Origin: a virus
Taxonomy: Duplodnaviria > Caudoviricetes
Direction: 5' to 3' (one strand)
IMG/VR virus record: IMGVR_UViG_3300005805_000002
Location: 1 to 64,000 of that record
Length of the DNA: 64,000 bases
The notes beneath the pieces were generated by a model. The model saw only the letters and a program-made list of their open reading frames with translations, did not search any database and was not told the DNA's origin. Positions 53,642 through 62,818 of the stretch are shown one piece after another. The first letter of the stretch is position 1. Each line of letters starts with the position of its first letter. A program made the position numbers and the translations under genes.

Positions 53642-55861
53642 TTAATCGTCATGCAGGCTGGGCGGATGGATCGTGTAACGGACCGAGTGCTTCTTGCTCT
53701 TGGACTTCGTCTCGACCACGACCCCGCTTCCTTTGGTTTTTGAGAGTTTGTTGAGGCGCATCCCCACGGCTCGGACGTTGAGAGAACTCATCGTCGGAGC
53801 GAGGTTGCGGTGGGCCACGATCAGGGCAGTTAGTTCGGCAGCAGTGCCCGTCCACGGCTGTTTCTGGTTGCGCAGGCTGACCAGCTCGTCGTCCGTGTCC
53901 CACAGGATGGTCAGGACTCCAAGGATATCGGAGTCGAAGGAGTTGATGGCCGCATCCCGACGCGTAGCTTCGTGAATGTAGTTGCGCATCCCGAGCCGAT
54001 ACTTCGGGTTTACCAACCACGTCGGGGGAGTCCACTCCTCCAACCAATGGCAAAGCATCTTGAGTTCAGCTTTGAGTATCTTTTTGACCTGATCTTGCCC
54101 CGGGAATCTGAATGGGGAGTCTGGACTGCAACGAAGTACAATGACCTTGTCCTCATTGTTCATGTCCAAGTCCGGGATCATAAGGAGGCTGTTTGGATCC
54201 TCGTTGAGAGAGATCATAATCCTTCCGTTGAACGGGATCTGAATGGGATCGGTGTACATCGGTCGGTACATGATGTTCGGATTGGCGATAAGTGCTTTTA
54301 GGATTTCCGAGAACTGTGTGTGCTCAGTTTTGTTCGCCGCTGCCATGTTGTCGTCGATGTGCCAGTGCCCCACTTCGAGCATGTTCTTGTTGAAGGGTTC
54401 TCGGCCGAGCAGGTACTTACCCGCATCGAATCCGCCGCCCATGATCTGGGGTATAATCACGGCGTTCAGCAGGGTCTTTCCTTTGTTGGTTCCTCCCACG
54501 AGGAAGACAGCGTGGCCCCGTCTTGGGTTGCCCTGCCTTGCGCCGACATACATCGTCTTCAACCACGCCAATAAATAAACGAGCTGTTTACGGGGAGCGA
54601 ACATGTGCCAGAGAAATTCGGCCAACCACGGGAAGCCGTCACCGAATTTGGGGTTGGGGATCGACTTGTCCGGCTCCATAGGCCGAACGCGGGACGTGTT
54701 GAGGTATTTCTGCCCGGCCATCTCCACGACTTCCCGTTTGTCGAAGATGAAGGGCACCGCCCCGTCGATAATACGCGTTTGCTGGACGTACATCAGAGCC
54801 ATTTCGATTTCTGAGGGCCCCATGTTTGAGGCTTTGGTGCGGTTCAACTGCTGGTTGCACATGAGGTGCAGCGAAAGGTCTTCTTTGTTCTGAGATCGCC
54901 AGTGTCCGTCGGGCCACTTGCGGTAGTAGCCGATTTTAGGTTGGTAGTAGACACCGTCGGTAGCCGCGCCGATTTTGTTCTCTTCCCACTTGCGCGTGAA
55001 GTCCGCCCCAAGGATTTCTTTCCAAGGTTTGAACAGCTTTTCTTCGGCAGAGAAGCAGTAGACACCGTGAGCGCGGAACACTGTGCTTCGAGGATTGGTG
55101 GCATCCGGATCCCAGAAGGCTGGGCCTTGGCAACCGTCTTTGAACTCAACGTCGGCGGGCCACTTGCCGGGGTACGCCTTGTCGATCTGCGCTTTAATTT
55201 CGGGAAAAGGGATCTCCGGAAGGCCTCCTGAATTTTTACCCCGGGAGCCTTTTTTGACAGCTCGGACGAAAGCACCTTTCGCTTCATCCAAGTTCAGCGC
55301 ATCCGGATTGAATCGATCCCACGTTCCGCCGATATCGTAGTAGGTCGAGGTCTTCTTGAGAGCCCCCTCGTCGAGTCCCGCTAACAGAAGATCGAGCTTC
55401 AGCAGTTTGCGCATTTCGTCGATAAAGTGCGGCAGAAAGATGTCCGGCGCGTCTCCCACGTTGAAGGGTTCGTTGAATTCCCAAACAAGGCGCATGTTGC
55501 CACTGGGGCTGATCACTACCCACTGGGGAATCAGTGCTGGAGTAGCCGAGAGGATCTGTTCGATGTTCGCCTTGATCTGGGGGATGGTCCCGGGTGACGG
55601 GGCATCGTAGTCAGTCACCAAACCGTGCATCCGGAATACGGGGTTGCCCGCCTTCGCGTTAATACGCTGCTCCGGGTTCACGCCTTCCCAGATCGAGAAG
55701 ATGCAGGCGTCGCTCTTTTCCGAAGCGAGCCACTTGCGTCGAGTTTCTTTATCAATTAAGCCGGGCGGCTCTTTTGTTTTGGAGGCCGCGCACTCAGCTT
55801 GAGGGTCCGAGAACGTATAGACGTCTGAGGCCCGGAGGTTTTTGATGGCGAAGTAGGTCAT
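53642..55861 (-). CDS. Primase-helicase (AEP-like N-terminus, SF3/DUF5906-like ATPase C-terminus)
   Basis: LVTDYD and SPSGN motifs; Walker A GGTNKGKT; Walker B WHIDD. Confidence 0.75.
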   Translation of the reverse strand: MTYFAIKNLRASDVYTFSDPQAECAASKTKEPPGLIDKETRRKWLASEKSDACIFSIWEGVNPEQRINAKAGNPVFRMHGLVTDYDAPSPGTIPQIKANIEQILSATPALIPQWVVISPSGNMRLVWEFNEPFNVGDAPDIFLPHFIDEMRKLLKLDLLLAGLDEGALKKTSTYYDIGGTWDRFNPDALNLDEAKGAFVRAVKKGSRGKNSGGLPEIPFPEIKAQIDKAYPGKWPADVEFKDGCQGPAFWDPDATNPRSTVFRAHGVYCFSAEEKLFKPWKEILGADFTRKWEENKIGAATDGVYYQPKIGYYRKWPDGHWRSQNKEDLSLHLMCNQQLNRTKASNMGPSEIEMALMYVQQTRIIDGAVPFIFDKREVVEMAGQKYLNTSRVRPMEPDKSIPNPKFGDGFPWLAEFLWHMFAPRKQLVYLLAWLKTMYVGARQGNPRRGHAVFLVGGTNKGKTLLNAVIIPQIMGGGFDAGKYLLGREPFNKNMLEVGHWHIDDNMAAANKTEHTQFSEILKALIANPNIMYRPMYTDPIQIPFNGRIMISLNEDPNSLLMIPDLDMNNEDKVIVLRCSPDSPFRFPGQDQVKKILKAELKMLCHWLEEWTPPTWLVNPKYRLGMRNYIHEATRRDAAINSFDSDILGVLTILWDTDDELVSLRNQKQPWTGTAAELTALIVAHRNLAPTMSSLNVRAVGMRLNKLSKTKGSGVVVETKSKSKKHSVRYTIHPPSLHDD

Positions 55862-56073
55862 ACAGATAGGGGAATGTTGGGGATTGGGCCGTGAAAGAAT
55901 GCTTTGTCTCCATAGATTCTGTGGGTGGGGTCGTCTTCTCCCCCGTAATAAAGGACGTCGAAACCAAATCCTCGCTCCCACACCAAGTAGAATCCGGGTG
56001 TGGTCGGTTTTGTTCGGCTCCAGCTTTTTTCTATCTGCATACCCGGCGGGTCTTTTGCTTCAGATGGGGTCAT
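55858..56073 (-). CDS. Small hypothetical protein
   Basis: WSRTKPTTPGFYLV motif. Confidence 0.55.
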   Translation of the reverse strand: MTPSEAKDPPGMQIEKSWSRTKPTTPGFYLVWERGFGFDVLYYGGEDDPTHRIYGDKAFFHGPIPNIPLSV

Positions 56074-57983
56074 TTTGCGTTTGAGTATTTGTCTGCGATG
56101 GTGGCTTCCGCCTCGACAGGAAGACGTTTCGCCCACGACGGGGATTGGCCCATGATTTTGAGCACGTCTTCTTTGGCGGTGTCTGCTTTGTGTTTTGGAA
56201 CTTCCAGCACAAGCTCGTCGTGAACGTGGAAAATTACTTTGTAGCCTGCCTCGGACACGTTGATTAGGCAGTCCCTAAATGCATCTCTGGCGATACTTTG
56301 GCAGAGGTTTTCGATCAGTATCCCTTGGTGAATCCGACTGGTTTGAACCATGCCATTCCGGATGATGTCTGCGACTACTTCGGTGGTTTTACCGTTTTTC
56401 TGGCCTGTGACTTTTCTGTTGCGCGCGTGTTTGTAGACCAGCGTACGACCGCTCGGCAGTTCTAGCTCGATATGCTCAGCTTTGTTCGCCGAGTATTTGG
56501 CTAATTCGCCTAGACGCTTCCACAGAGCAACTAGTTTGGGCCGTCCGCGCCGGAATTGTTGGATAATCTCCCAGCTTCTGAGGAGTTTTGCCTGCAATAC
56601 GGCGTCCGCTTCTCTCCACAGCTTGATCCATTCAGCGTTTCCGACCGTTTCGAGGTACTCTTCGTAGTCCTCCTTGGTCTCATCGTGTTCGGGACCCGAC
56701 TCTAGAATATCTTCCATGCCCACAGCGCGCAGAAGATCACAAAAACGGTGGTGACCTGCACAGTAACTGGCCCCCAAAACGGACATTTTTGCGATCTTGT
56801 AACGCGGATCGGACTTATCCCATGTCTCATTCTCCCCTAAACCCATCGCTTGCCGCGCGTAAACAATGTACGGAGACACCCCAGCCGCCATTTGGGCCAG
56901 TTCTTTGTCCTCACCCGCCAAAAATGACGCAACTCGGGGCTCAATTTGGGCCAAGTCGGCCGCGATGATCACGTGACCCGGGGGTGCAACCAGCATGTCC
57001 CGCATATTGACCCCGTAAAGCTCTTTGGAGCTGAAATTCTGTACATTTACGCCTCCGGCTCCGCTCCAGCGAAGGGTCATTCCGGCTCCGTAGGTCTTGA
57101 TTTCGTACCGGAACCTCCCGTCGATGACTCGGACTTGCATGGCCTCAAGTTTTTTCAAAATCGCATTGGCTCTGCGCCAATCTCGCATGGCGCTAACCCA
57201 CTTGTACGTGTCTCCGTACTTTTCCATCCACTGGTCACACTCTTCGTCTCCAATAGCTAGAGATTTAGGTGTCGGGATACCCGCTTTGCGGCACTCTAAG
57301 GCCAAAGCCTTGGGGGAAAGCGGGGCTGCGTCGTCGCTAACAACCCACGGAAGCTCTCTGGCAGCGCTCCAGATAACGTGTTTGAGACTCGCCACGGCCT
57401 TATCCATTGCGTCTTGGTCAACGTGGATGCCCTCGGCTGCCCATTCTCTAGCTAGTCTGGAAATTAAGCGCTCTTCGTCAGGCCACCTTGGCGAAAGTTC
57501 GTCCCACAAGCGTAAGGTCAGCCGAGCGTCTTCGAGAGCGTACTCTTTTACCTCTTTTTGAAGATCTTCAGGCATGTCGTTCCATGCCTTGTCCTTCATT
57601 GCTTTGTCCCGGATGTCTTTGTCGACTACTTTACCCCACATAGCAAAAGCTGCGTTTTTCAAACCACGTGGAATGCCGCAATAAGCTGCTAAATCGGCTG
57701 AGTCTTCCGTGACAGCGGGAAGGGGTATTTGCAGTCCCAGCTCCCGCAGACGGCGCATAGCTTCTTCGTCGAAACCTGCGTTGTGGTGAATTACCCGGCT
57801 GTCTTTTACAAAGCCCCAGTTAAGCGTCTTCGGGCTACCTACGTACTCAAACCCTTCTCCGCAGACGCTGACCAGATAGATTTGGTCCAGAGACAAACGC
57901 TTGAAGTACTGCTTGGAGCCTAGCGTCCGGACACTCAATTCCCCGCCGTATTCTGTCTCAAAGTCTATTGCGTAGGTTTTCAT
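56070..57983 (-). CDS. Family A DNA polymerase with 3'-5' exonuclease
   Basis: IDFET, HNAGFD and YALED (exonuclease); ADLAQIEPR (motif A); KMSVLGASY (motif B); HVHDE (motif C). Confidence 0.92.
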   Translation of the reverse strand: MKTYAIDFETEYGGELSVRTLGSKQYFKRLSLDQIYLVSVCGEGFEYVGSPKTLNWGFVKDSRVIHHNAGFDEEAMRRLRELGLQIPLPAVTEDSADLAAYCGIPRGLKNAAFAMWGKVVDKDIRDKAMKDKAWNDMPEDLQKEVKEYALEDARLTLRLWDELSPRWPDEERLISRLAREWAAEGIHVDQDAMDKAVASLKHVIWSAARELPWVVSDDAAPLSPKALALECRKAGIPTPKSLAIGDEECDQWMEKYGDTYKWVSAMRDWRRANAILKKLEAMQVRVIDGRFRYEIKTYGAGMTLRWSGAGGVNVQNFSSKELYGVNMRDMLVAPPGHVIIAADLAQIEPRVASFLAGEDKELAQMAAGVSPYIVYARQAMGLGENETWDKSDPRYKIAKMSVLGASYCAGHHRFCDLLRAVGMEDILESGPEHDETKEDYEEYLETVGNAEWIKLWREADAVLQAKLLRSWEIIQQFRRGRPKLVALWKRLGELAKYSANKAEHIELELPSGRTLVYKHARNRKVTGQKNGKTTEVVADIIRNGMVQTSRIHQGILIENLCQSIARDAFRDCLINVSEAGYKVIFHVHDELVLEVPKHKADTAKEDVLKIMGQSPSWAKRLPVEAEATIADKYSNAK

Positions 57984-58127
57984 TAAGAAATTTGGTGCGC
58001 TTCCGGAGTTTCCGACGACTGCGCACAGGTCGCTTGTGGGTGAAATCGGATCAGCCAACTACCACAGGAGCTGACCCTAAAAGACCCTCGGTTTTTAACG
58101 GGCACTTCCGGCTTGCCCGATGTGGCC

Positions 58128-58361
58128 CTATCGGGCCGCAGTAAGTTCTTTGATTTCGGAAGCTCTGAGCGTCTCGAAAGCCGCCCAAAACTCATATCCC
58201 CCCGGGAGATCTTCCCAGATTTCTGGAAAGTCTTTCGCCGTCATGGCGATTTCCCACAAGTCTTCCGCAGGGACGTTACAACTTTCGGAGAACTCCCTCA
58301 GCCTTGCCTCCGCTTTTAGGCGGAGGAGGCCGAGAGGATCTCTTGTAAGGGACGCCGTCAT
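58128..58361 (-). CDS. Hypothetical protein
   Basis: Coupled ORF. Confidence 0.5.
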   Translation of the reverse strand: MTASLTRDPLGLLRLKAEARLREFSESCNVPAEDLWEIAMTAKDFPEIWEDLPGGYEFWAAFETLRASEIKELTAAR

Positions 58362-58615
58362 GCTGCTCGGGCTAAGCTATTCGCTAGGTCTTCGAGTGTG
58401 CCGCCGTGCCCCATCAGCTCTTTGACTGTCACAGTACCGAACACTGCTGCGCGCACCCTCGGGATGACAGGCAGGTCAAGCTGCTCAGTCGCGATTCGGT
58501 GCGCTTGAAATCGCAGCCACTGGAACCGGATATTCGGCCCCTTATCTACGATTTCAAGGCCCGGATAGCGCTTCTGGACTTTCGCGAGCGTGATGTGGTC
58601 TTTCGCCTTTCGCAT
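58358..58615 (-). CDS. Hypothetical protein
   Basis: Likely start MRKAK. Confidence 0.5.
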   Translation of the reverse strand: MRKAKDHITLAKVQKRYPGLEIVDKGPNIRFQWLRFQAHRIATEQLDLPVIPRVRAAVFGTVTVKELMGHGGTLEDLANSLARAA

Positions 58616-58616
58616 A

Positions 58617-59369
58617 TTAGGACCCCAGTTTACGGAGGTACTCTGCCAAGGCTTCCGATGTTTTCCCTGCGGGACGCAGACGCGGCAAAAGCCACGAGTT
58701 GCCATTACGAGTTTCCTTAGTTGCGTACATGTCCCACCACTGCATTACTAGACCTCCACGGGCTTTGCTCAGATTCGTTTGTTTCGCGTGAGACAACGTT
58801 TTTCCTACCGTTCCATGCGTTGTGCGAGCTGCGAAGAACTTGGCGATTGTGCCGGGCCCTTCGGGTCCATCCATCACGAACACGTGAGGCGCGTCAACTC
58901 CTTCGGGTTGCGGAATCCAGAATAACGTTCTGAGCGCTTCTGCGGCTGCACCGGGCGCTTTCCAGTCCTCAAGTTGTAGCCCCGCTTTGTAGACTTCTTC
59001 ACTCGTCTTGAAAATGCGGGGGCGTCCTGCGCCGAACGGCAACACTTCTTGGTAAACTTTTTGGATCCACACGGCCACGAGCTTTAGCGGGTCCTTGTTT
59101 ACGTTTCCTACCGGAGTCTCTTTGTTCAAAACCCAAGTCCCGATTCCGAGTGTTTCCGCGTTAGCAGAAGTCTTGGTGACGAGGCTTAGAGAGGGCCAGA
59201 TGATATCGCGTGCGGAGAACTCTCCCTCGGCGTCTTCATCTTCGATGTATATGGCCGGGCTACGCGTTGCGGCCACGGCTACTGCTTTGCTGGACGGCTC
59301 TTCGACTAGTTCGGCCTCGATTACTTTTGCAGACGCCTTGTCGGCGTCACTGAATGACATGCTACCCAT
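58617..59369 (-). CDS. Putative ssDNA-binding protein
   Basis: 'DIIWPSLSLV..TS' start and OB-like beta pattern; lies between the nuclease and polymerase genes. Confidence 0.55.
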   Translation of the reverse strand: MGSMSFSDADKASAKVIEAELVEEPSSKAVAVAATRSPAIYIEDEDAEGEFSARDIIWPSLSLVTKTSANAETLGIGTWVLNKETPVGNVNKDPLKLVAVWIQKVYQEVLPFGAGRPRIFKTSEEVYKAGLQLEDWKAPGAAAEALRTLFWIPQPEGVDAPHVFVMDGPEGPGTIAKFFAARTTHGTVGKTLSHAKQTNLSKARGGLVMQWWDMYATKETRNGNSWLLPRLRPAGKTSEALAEYLRKLGS

Positions 59370-59400
59370 ATATGTTTATTCTATGATTTATGTTCTATGT

Positions 59401-61866
59401 TTACTTGAGTTCCCGAAGCATATGCACCGGGGCCCCCGAACTGACGGCGTCGTAGTCTGTTAAACGACCCATCAGTTCTTTCTTCGCCGCAGCTTTGCCG
59501 CCTTTCGGGGCTTTAGCTGCGTAGAGATCTTCCAAAGCGGTTATCTGCACATCGCAGGCCGTGATAAAGTCTTCGACATTGACTCGGTCTTTGACGGCTT
59601 CGTAAGCCGCGTGGGGATCCCGGATAACGCGAGTTCCCCGCCGCTCCACGAGTTCTAGACCCGGTATGTCTTCTCCTTCCAAGCGCTTGGCGAGGGCTGC
59701 TTTACGCCACCCGTCAGCCGCTTTTTGTACAAGAGGGGCCAACCGCCACAGGACAGCCAACGTCTCCGGATCCCCAATATCCGAACCGTGGACTGAGCCC
59801 TGCGGCAGTTGAAATTTTTTCCCCTGTTCTATGTACCTGTTTGCGATCTCGACGCCCAACTCGGCCCACTTTCGACAGGACTTGAGACGGCCGCAATAGG
59901 TGCAATGCTTGCCGATCTTAAACGAGTCAGGGTTCGGGTCCTCTGCGCTGCGGATGATTCTGGCTACGGTTGCTGAGAGGCGGTCGTAGTCGTCGTCCCG
60001 CGTGAAAGTCTCGATGTCGATGTGATCTAAGAATGGGTGGAGGACCCATACTTTTATTTCATTGATCTCAGGGAACTTATCCCAAACCCCGAGCGAGTAC
60101 GCCCAGAACTGCGCCGTGTCAGCGCCGTAGATGTTTCGCGCAAATTTGAGGTCGACGAGGTCGGCGGTCCCGTCTTTATGTACGAAGAGGTGATCAAGGT
60201 GTCCGTACTGGTCTAGAATTTGCAGTCGGAGTTCTTTGTAGTGCTTGGACTCTGGCTTATAAAAGCGTTGCAGGAACGAGTGGCATGTTTTCGCCGCAGA
60301 CGTTAGCTCTAGATCGTTCGGAGCGAGGTCAAAGTCTTCTTTCTCGACCATCTCGTGACCCAAGGTCCCCCGATCCGCTGCCGTAGTGTCACGATTCGGG
60401 TCAGGATCATTGAACCATCCCTCGCACTTCGCTTTGTTTTCCAAAGACGACGGCGAGTGTTTAGAGTGACTGCGCTCGGCATGGGCCGGAGGCTGTGTGG
60501 TAGTGGGAACAGACGTCATATGTATTCGTTTTAAACCCGGCGCAGTATGAGACACGGGATCGTGCGAGTCGTTCAAATTTTTTTCGGACATTTCGAGGTC
60601 TCCGTCATTTAGTAAGTCTAGGCGTTTGAGTTTTGATTGAACGCGCATACACACTTTCTCTTCTATGGTACTCGCCGCGAACAAGATACGCTGGAGAGAC
60701 TTTCCCCCGCCTGCTCGATGAACTCGTCCGAGAGCTTGCCGCAAATCGGTAGCCGAGAAAGTCGGACAGATCAAAGCGACGCGGGGACTCTTTCCGCTTT
60801 CATCGTGAAGGCTCAGAGACACTCCGCCCGCTTGAATGTTCACGACAATTATTCGCTCCTTGTTTTTCTGGAACGCTTCGATGCATTGCTGCCTAACGAC
60901 GGGGGATTGGTCCCCGTAGATCGCGCAGTCGGTGTCTAGCTTTTCGCAAAGTGCGTCTAGCGTAGCGCGGAAATTCGTGAAGATAGCAACCGACTCACCG
61001 CTTTCGACGAAGTCCTTGGCGAGCGATACGATACCGGGGACTTTGCACAGCTCGACCCGTTGTCTCGCTCGCAGTTGAATTGTGAGTTGCTGTGCGGGTT
61101 TGTCTGTTGCCTCTGCCTCTTCGAGGGCCGACAGCTCCTTCTCCATTTCTTGGTAGATCGAGTCGATTTGATCTCCGAAGTCCAAAGCCTCTGCCGAGAT
61201 TTGTGTCTCGGGAAACTTATCCCCAAGGTCAGCAATGCGGATGCGACTGCCGCGCTTTTTGAAAAACTCGGTATGCAAGGCAGACAGGACGTCCGTCCGG
61301 CGTTTGTCGAAACTGATACCGAAGCGTCCTTTGTAGCACCCGTTGTGTCTGGCCCATCCCCAGAATGCGTACCAATCCGCTAGTCCAGCTACATGGCTCG
61401 CCGCCCTAAGATCAAGAGGGCTTTCGGCAAGTGTTGCCGAGAGGATCAGATTACGTTGCCCCTTGGAGTCCCGGAGCATTTTAGCATTCTGTGAGTCTTG
61501 CCCCTTGCAGCGGTGCGCTTCGTCCCAGATAAGCAGGGTCTTTTCCGGAAGGGTCCATTCAAACGACCGTTTGCTTTTCCATTGTCCGTATCCGGTATTC
61601 CCCATGCGCAGTTTCTCATAGTTGACTACGTCTAGCACGGGCACGCCGAACCCGCTCAAGACTCGTTTCCACACGGGTATAGATACCTTTGGGACAATCG
61701 CTAACACCCGCTCGATGCGGTTTTCCGAGTGCAGCGCTTTTGCAGCGAACGAGGCCACGAAAGTTTTGCCCGTTCCCGGGTCGCTTCCATCAAACGCGAG
61801 CCCGTCCCTTCGGAGAGCGCTCGTTATGATTTCCGCGTGGGGTTTCTGGTAGTCGAGAAGGTTCAA
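59401..61866 (-). CDS. SNF2-family helicase fused to a Cas4-like PD-(D/E)xK nuclease (DUF2800-like)
   Basis: DPGTGKT, DEAH, SAT, QALGRVHR; then HSPSS, GTLGH, GHLD..VDLKFA and HCTYC..C. No stop between the parts; TTG start overlaps the RuvC-like stop. Confidence 0.8.
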   Translation of the reverse strand: MNLLDYQKPHAEIITSALRRDGLAFDGSDPGTGKTFVASFAAKALHSENRIERVLAIVPKVSIPVWKRVLSGFGVPVLDVVNYEKLRMGNTGYGQWKSKRSFEWTLPEKTLLIWDEAHRCKGQDSQNAKMLRDSKGQRNLILSATLAESPLDLRAASHVAGLADWYAFWGWARHNGCYKGRFGISFDKRRTDVLSALHTEFFKKRGSRIRIADLGDKFPETQISAEALDFGDQIDSIYQEMEKELSALEEAEATDKPAQQLTIQLRARQRVELCKVPGIVSLAKDFVESGESVAIFTNFRATLDALCEKLDTDCAIYGDQSPVVRQQCIEAFQKNKERIIVVNIQAGGVSLSLHDESGKSPRVALICPTFSATDLRQALGRVHRAGGGKSLQRILFAASTIEEKVCMRVQSKLKRLDLLNDGDLEMSEKNLNDSHDPVSHTAPGLKRIHMTSVPTTTQPPAHAERSHSKHSPSSLENKAKCEGWFNDPDPNRDTTAADRGTLGHEMVEKEDFDLAPNDLELTSAAKTCHSFLQRFYKPESKHYKELRLQILDQYGHLDHLFVHKDGTADLVDLKFARNIYGADTAQFWAYSLGVWDKFPEINEIKVWVLHPFLDHIDIETFTRDDDYDRLSATVARIIRSAEDPNPDSFKIGKHCTYCGRLKSCRKWAELGVEIANRYIEQGKKFQLPQGSVHGSDIGDPETLAVLWRLAPLVQKAADGWRKAALAKRLEGEDIPGLELVERRGTRVIRDPHAAYEAVKDRVNVEDFITACDVQITALEDLYAAKAPKGGKAAAKKELMGRLTDYDAVSSGAPVHMLRELK

Positions 61867-62330
61867 AGTTTTTCTGCGAAGTCCAAAATGAGTAGGGCGT
61901 CTGCCGTCGCTAGCGTCGCGTTGGCCCCGGGAAATTTTCGCTGTGCCAGACTCTTGAGCTTGTTCTTCCACTCCTGCTGGGAGACGCAGGCTGAAGCCGT
62001 GCCGATACCCAGATGTTTTTGCCATTTCTGGGGAGTCACCATTTCCAGAGGAATCTCCAAGGACATTATAACACCGATCAGGAAGCCGTTGTGCCTTCCA
62101 AATTTGAACATGGCGGAACCGGGCTGGGGTCTCCCTATGTAGCCGCCTACTTGTTCTAAGAAAATGACATCACACGAAGTCTTCAACCCGCGCAACAAGG
62201 AGAGGATGTCTCCTTCTGTGTCCGGCATTTTTTGCGCTTGGATCTGGCCCGCTTCGGCTCTCCAAGCAATACCTCCACTAGATCCGGGGTCGATTGCGAC
62301 GATTCGTTTTTTGAGTGTGTCTGAAACCAT
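61863..62330 (-). CDS. RuvC-like Holliday junction resolvase
   Basis: IVAIDPG, FLEQV, FKFG, TPQKWQK, ADALLI. Confidence 0.85.
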   Translation of the reverse strand: MVSDTLKKRIVAIDPGSSGGIAWRAEAGQIQAQKMPDTEGDILSLLRGLKTSCDVIFLEQVGGYIGRPQPGSAMFKFGRHNGFLIGVIMSLEIPLEMVTPQKWQKHLGIGTASACVSQQEWKNKLKSLAQRKFPGANATLATADALLILDFAEKL

Positions 62331-62470
62331 CTCTGCAAGTCTGAGGGCTCCACCCTAACAGTTGCACCGATCTTATAGTGTCTTAAACCCCTCCGCAACC
62401 AGTTAGCCACGGTTCGGGGAGAAACTTTTGCGATTTCAGCCACGTCTTTTGGCGTTAAGTACTTATCCAA
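62183..62470 (-). CDS. Excisionase-like winged-HTH protein
   Basis: YLTPKDVAEIAKVSPRTVANW...KIGATVRV..SDL. Confidence 0.75.
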   Translation of the reverse strand: MDKYLTPKDVAEIAKVSPRTVANWLRRGLRHYKIGATVRVEPSDLQRWFQTHSKNESSQSTPDLVEVLLGEPKRARSKRKKCRTQKETSSPCCAG

Positions 62471-62473
62471 GGT

Positions 62474-62818
62474 TTACCTCCTTTTTTGGTTTGCTAGGTA
62501 TGCATAAACCGCCTTGCGAACGACCGCCGACAAGTCCTGTCGGTTGTCTTTGGCGAAGGCTAGCAGAATGTCTGCTACGTCCGACCATTCCGCGTAGGAC
62601 ACGCGCTTGATCGGCGCGTCTGGGTCGAGCGGTTTTTCATAGTCGACTGGTTTCCACGTCTTTCGTTTTAGAGCGAGCACAAACTCCTGTGTTGCTTGCC
62701 GTAGTACCGAACTTCGATCAGTTCGGGTTCTATGAGCGAATTTGTTTACTTCGTCGAACACATCGGAGAATTCCGTGTAGGTTATCCGGCGTTTCGATGG
62801 GCTTAGCATGTTAGGCAT
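62474..62818 (-). CDS. Tandem ribbon-helix-helix DNA-binding protein
   Basis: Two RHH-like units: KRRITYTE..RSSVLRQA and KRVSYAE..LSAVVRKA. Confidence 0.65.
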   Translation of the reverse strand: MPNMLSPSKRRITYTEFSDVFDEVNKFAHRTRTDRSSVLRQATQEFVLALKRKTWKPVDYEKPLDPDAPIKRVSYAEWSDVADILLAFAKDNRQDLSAVVRKAVYAYLANQKRR

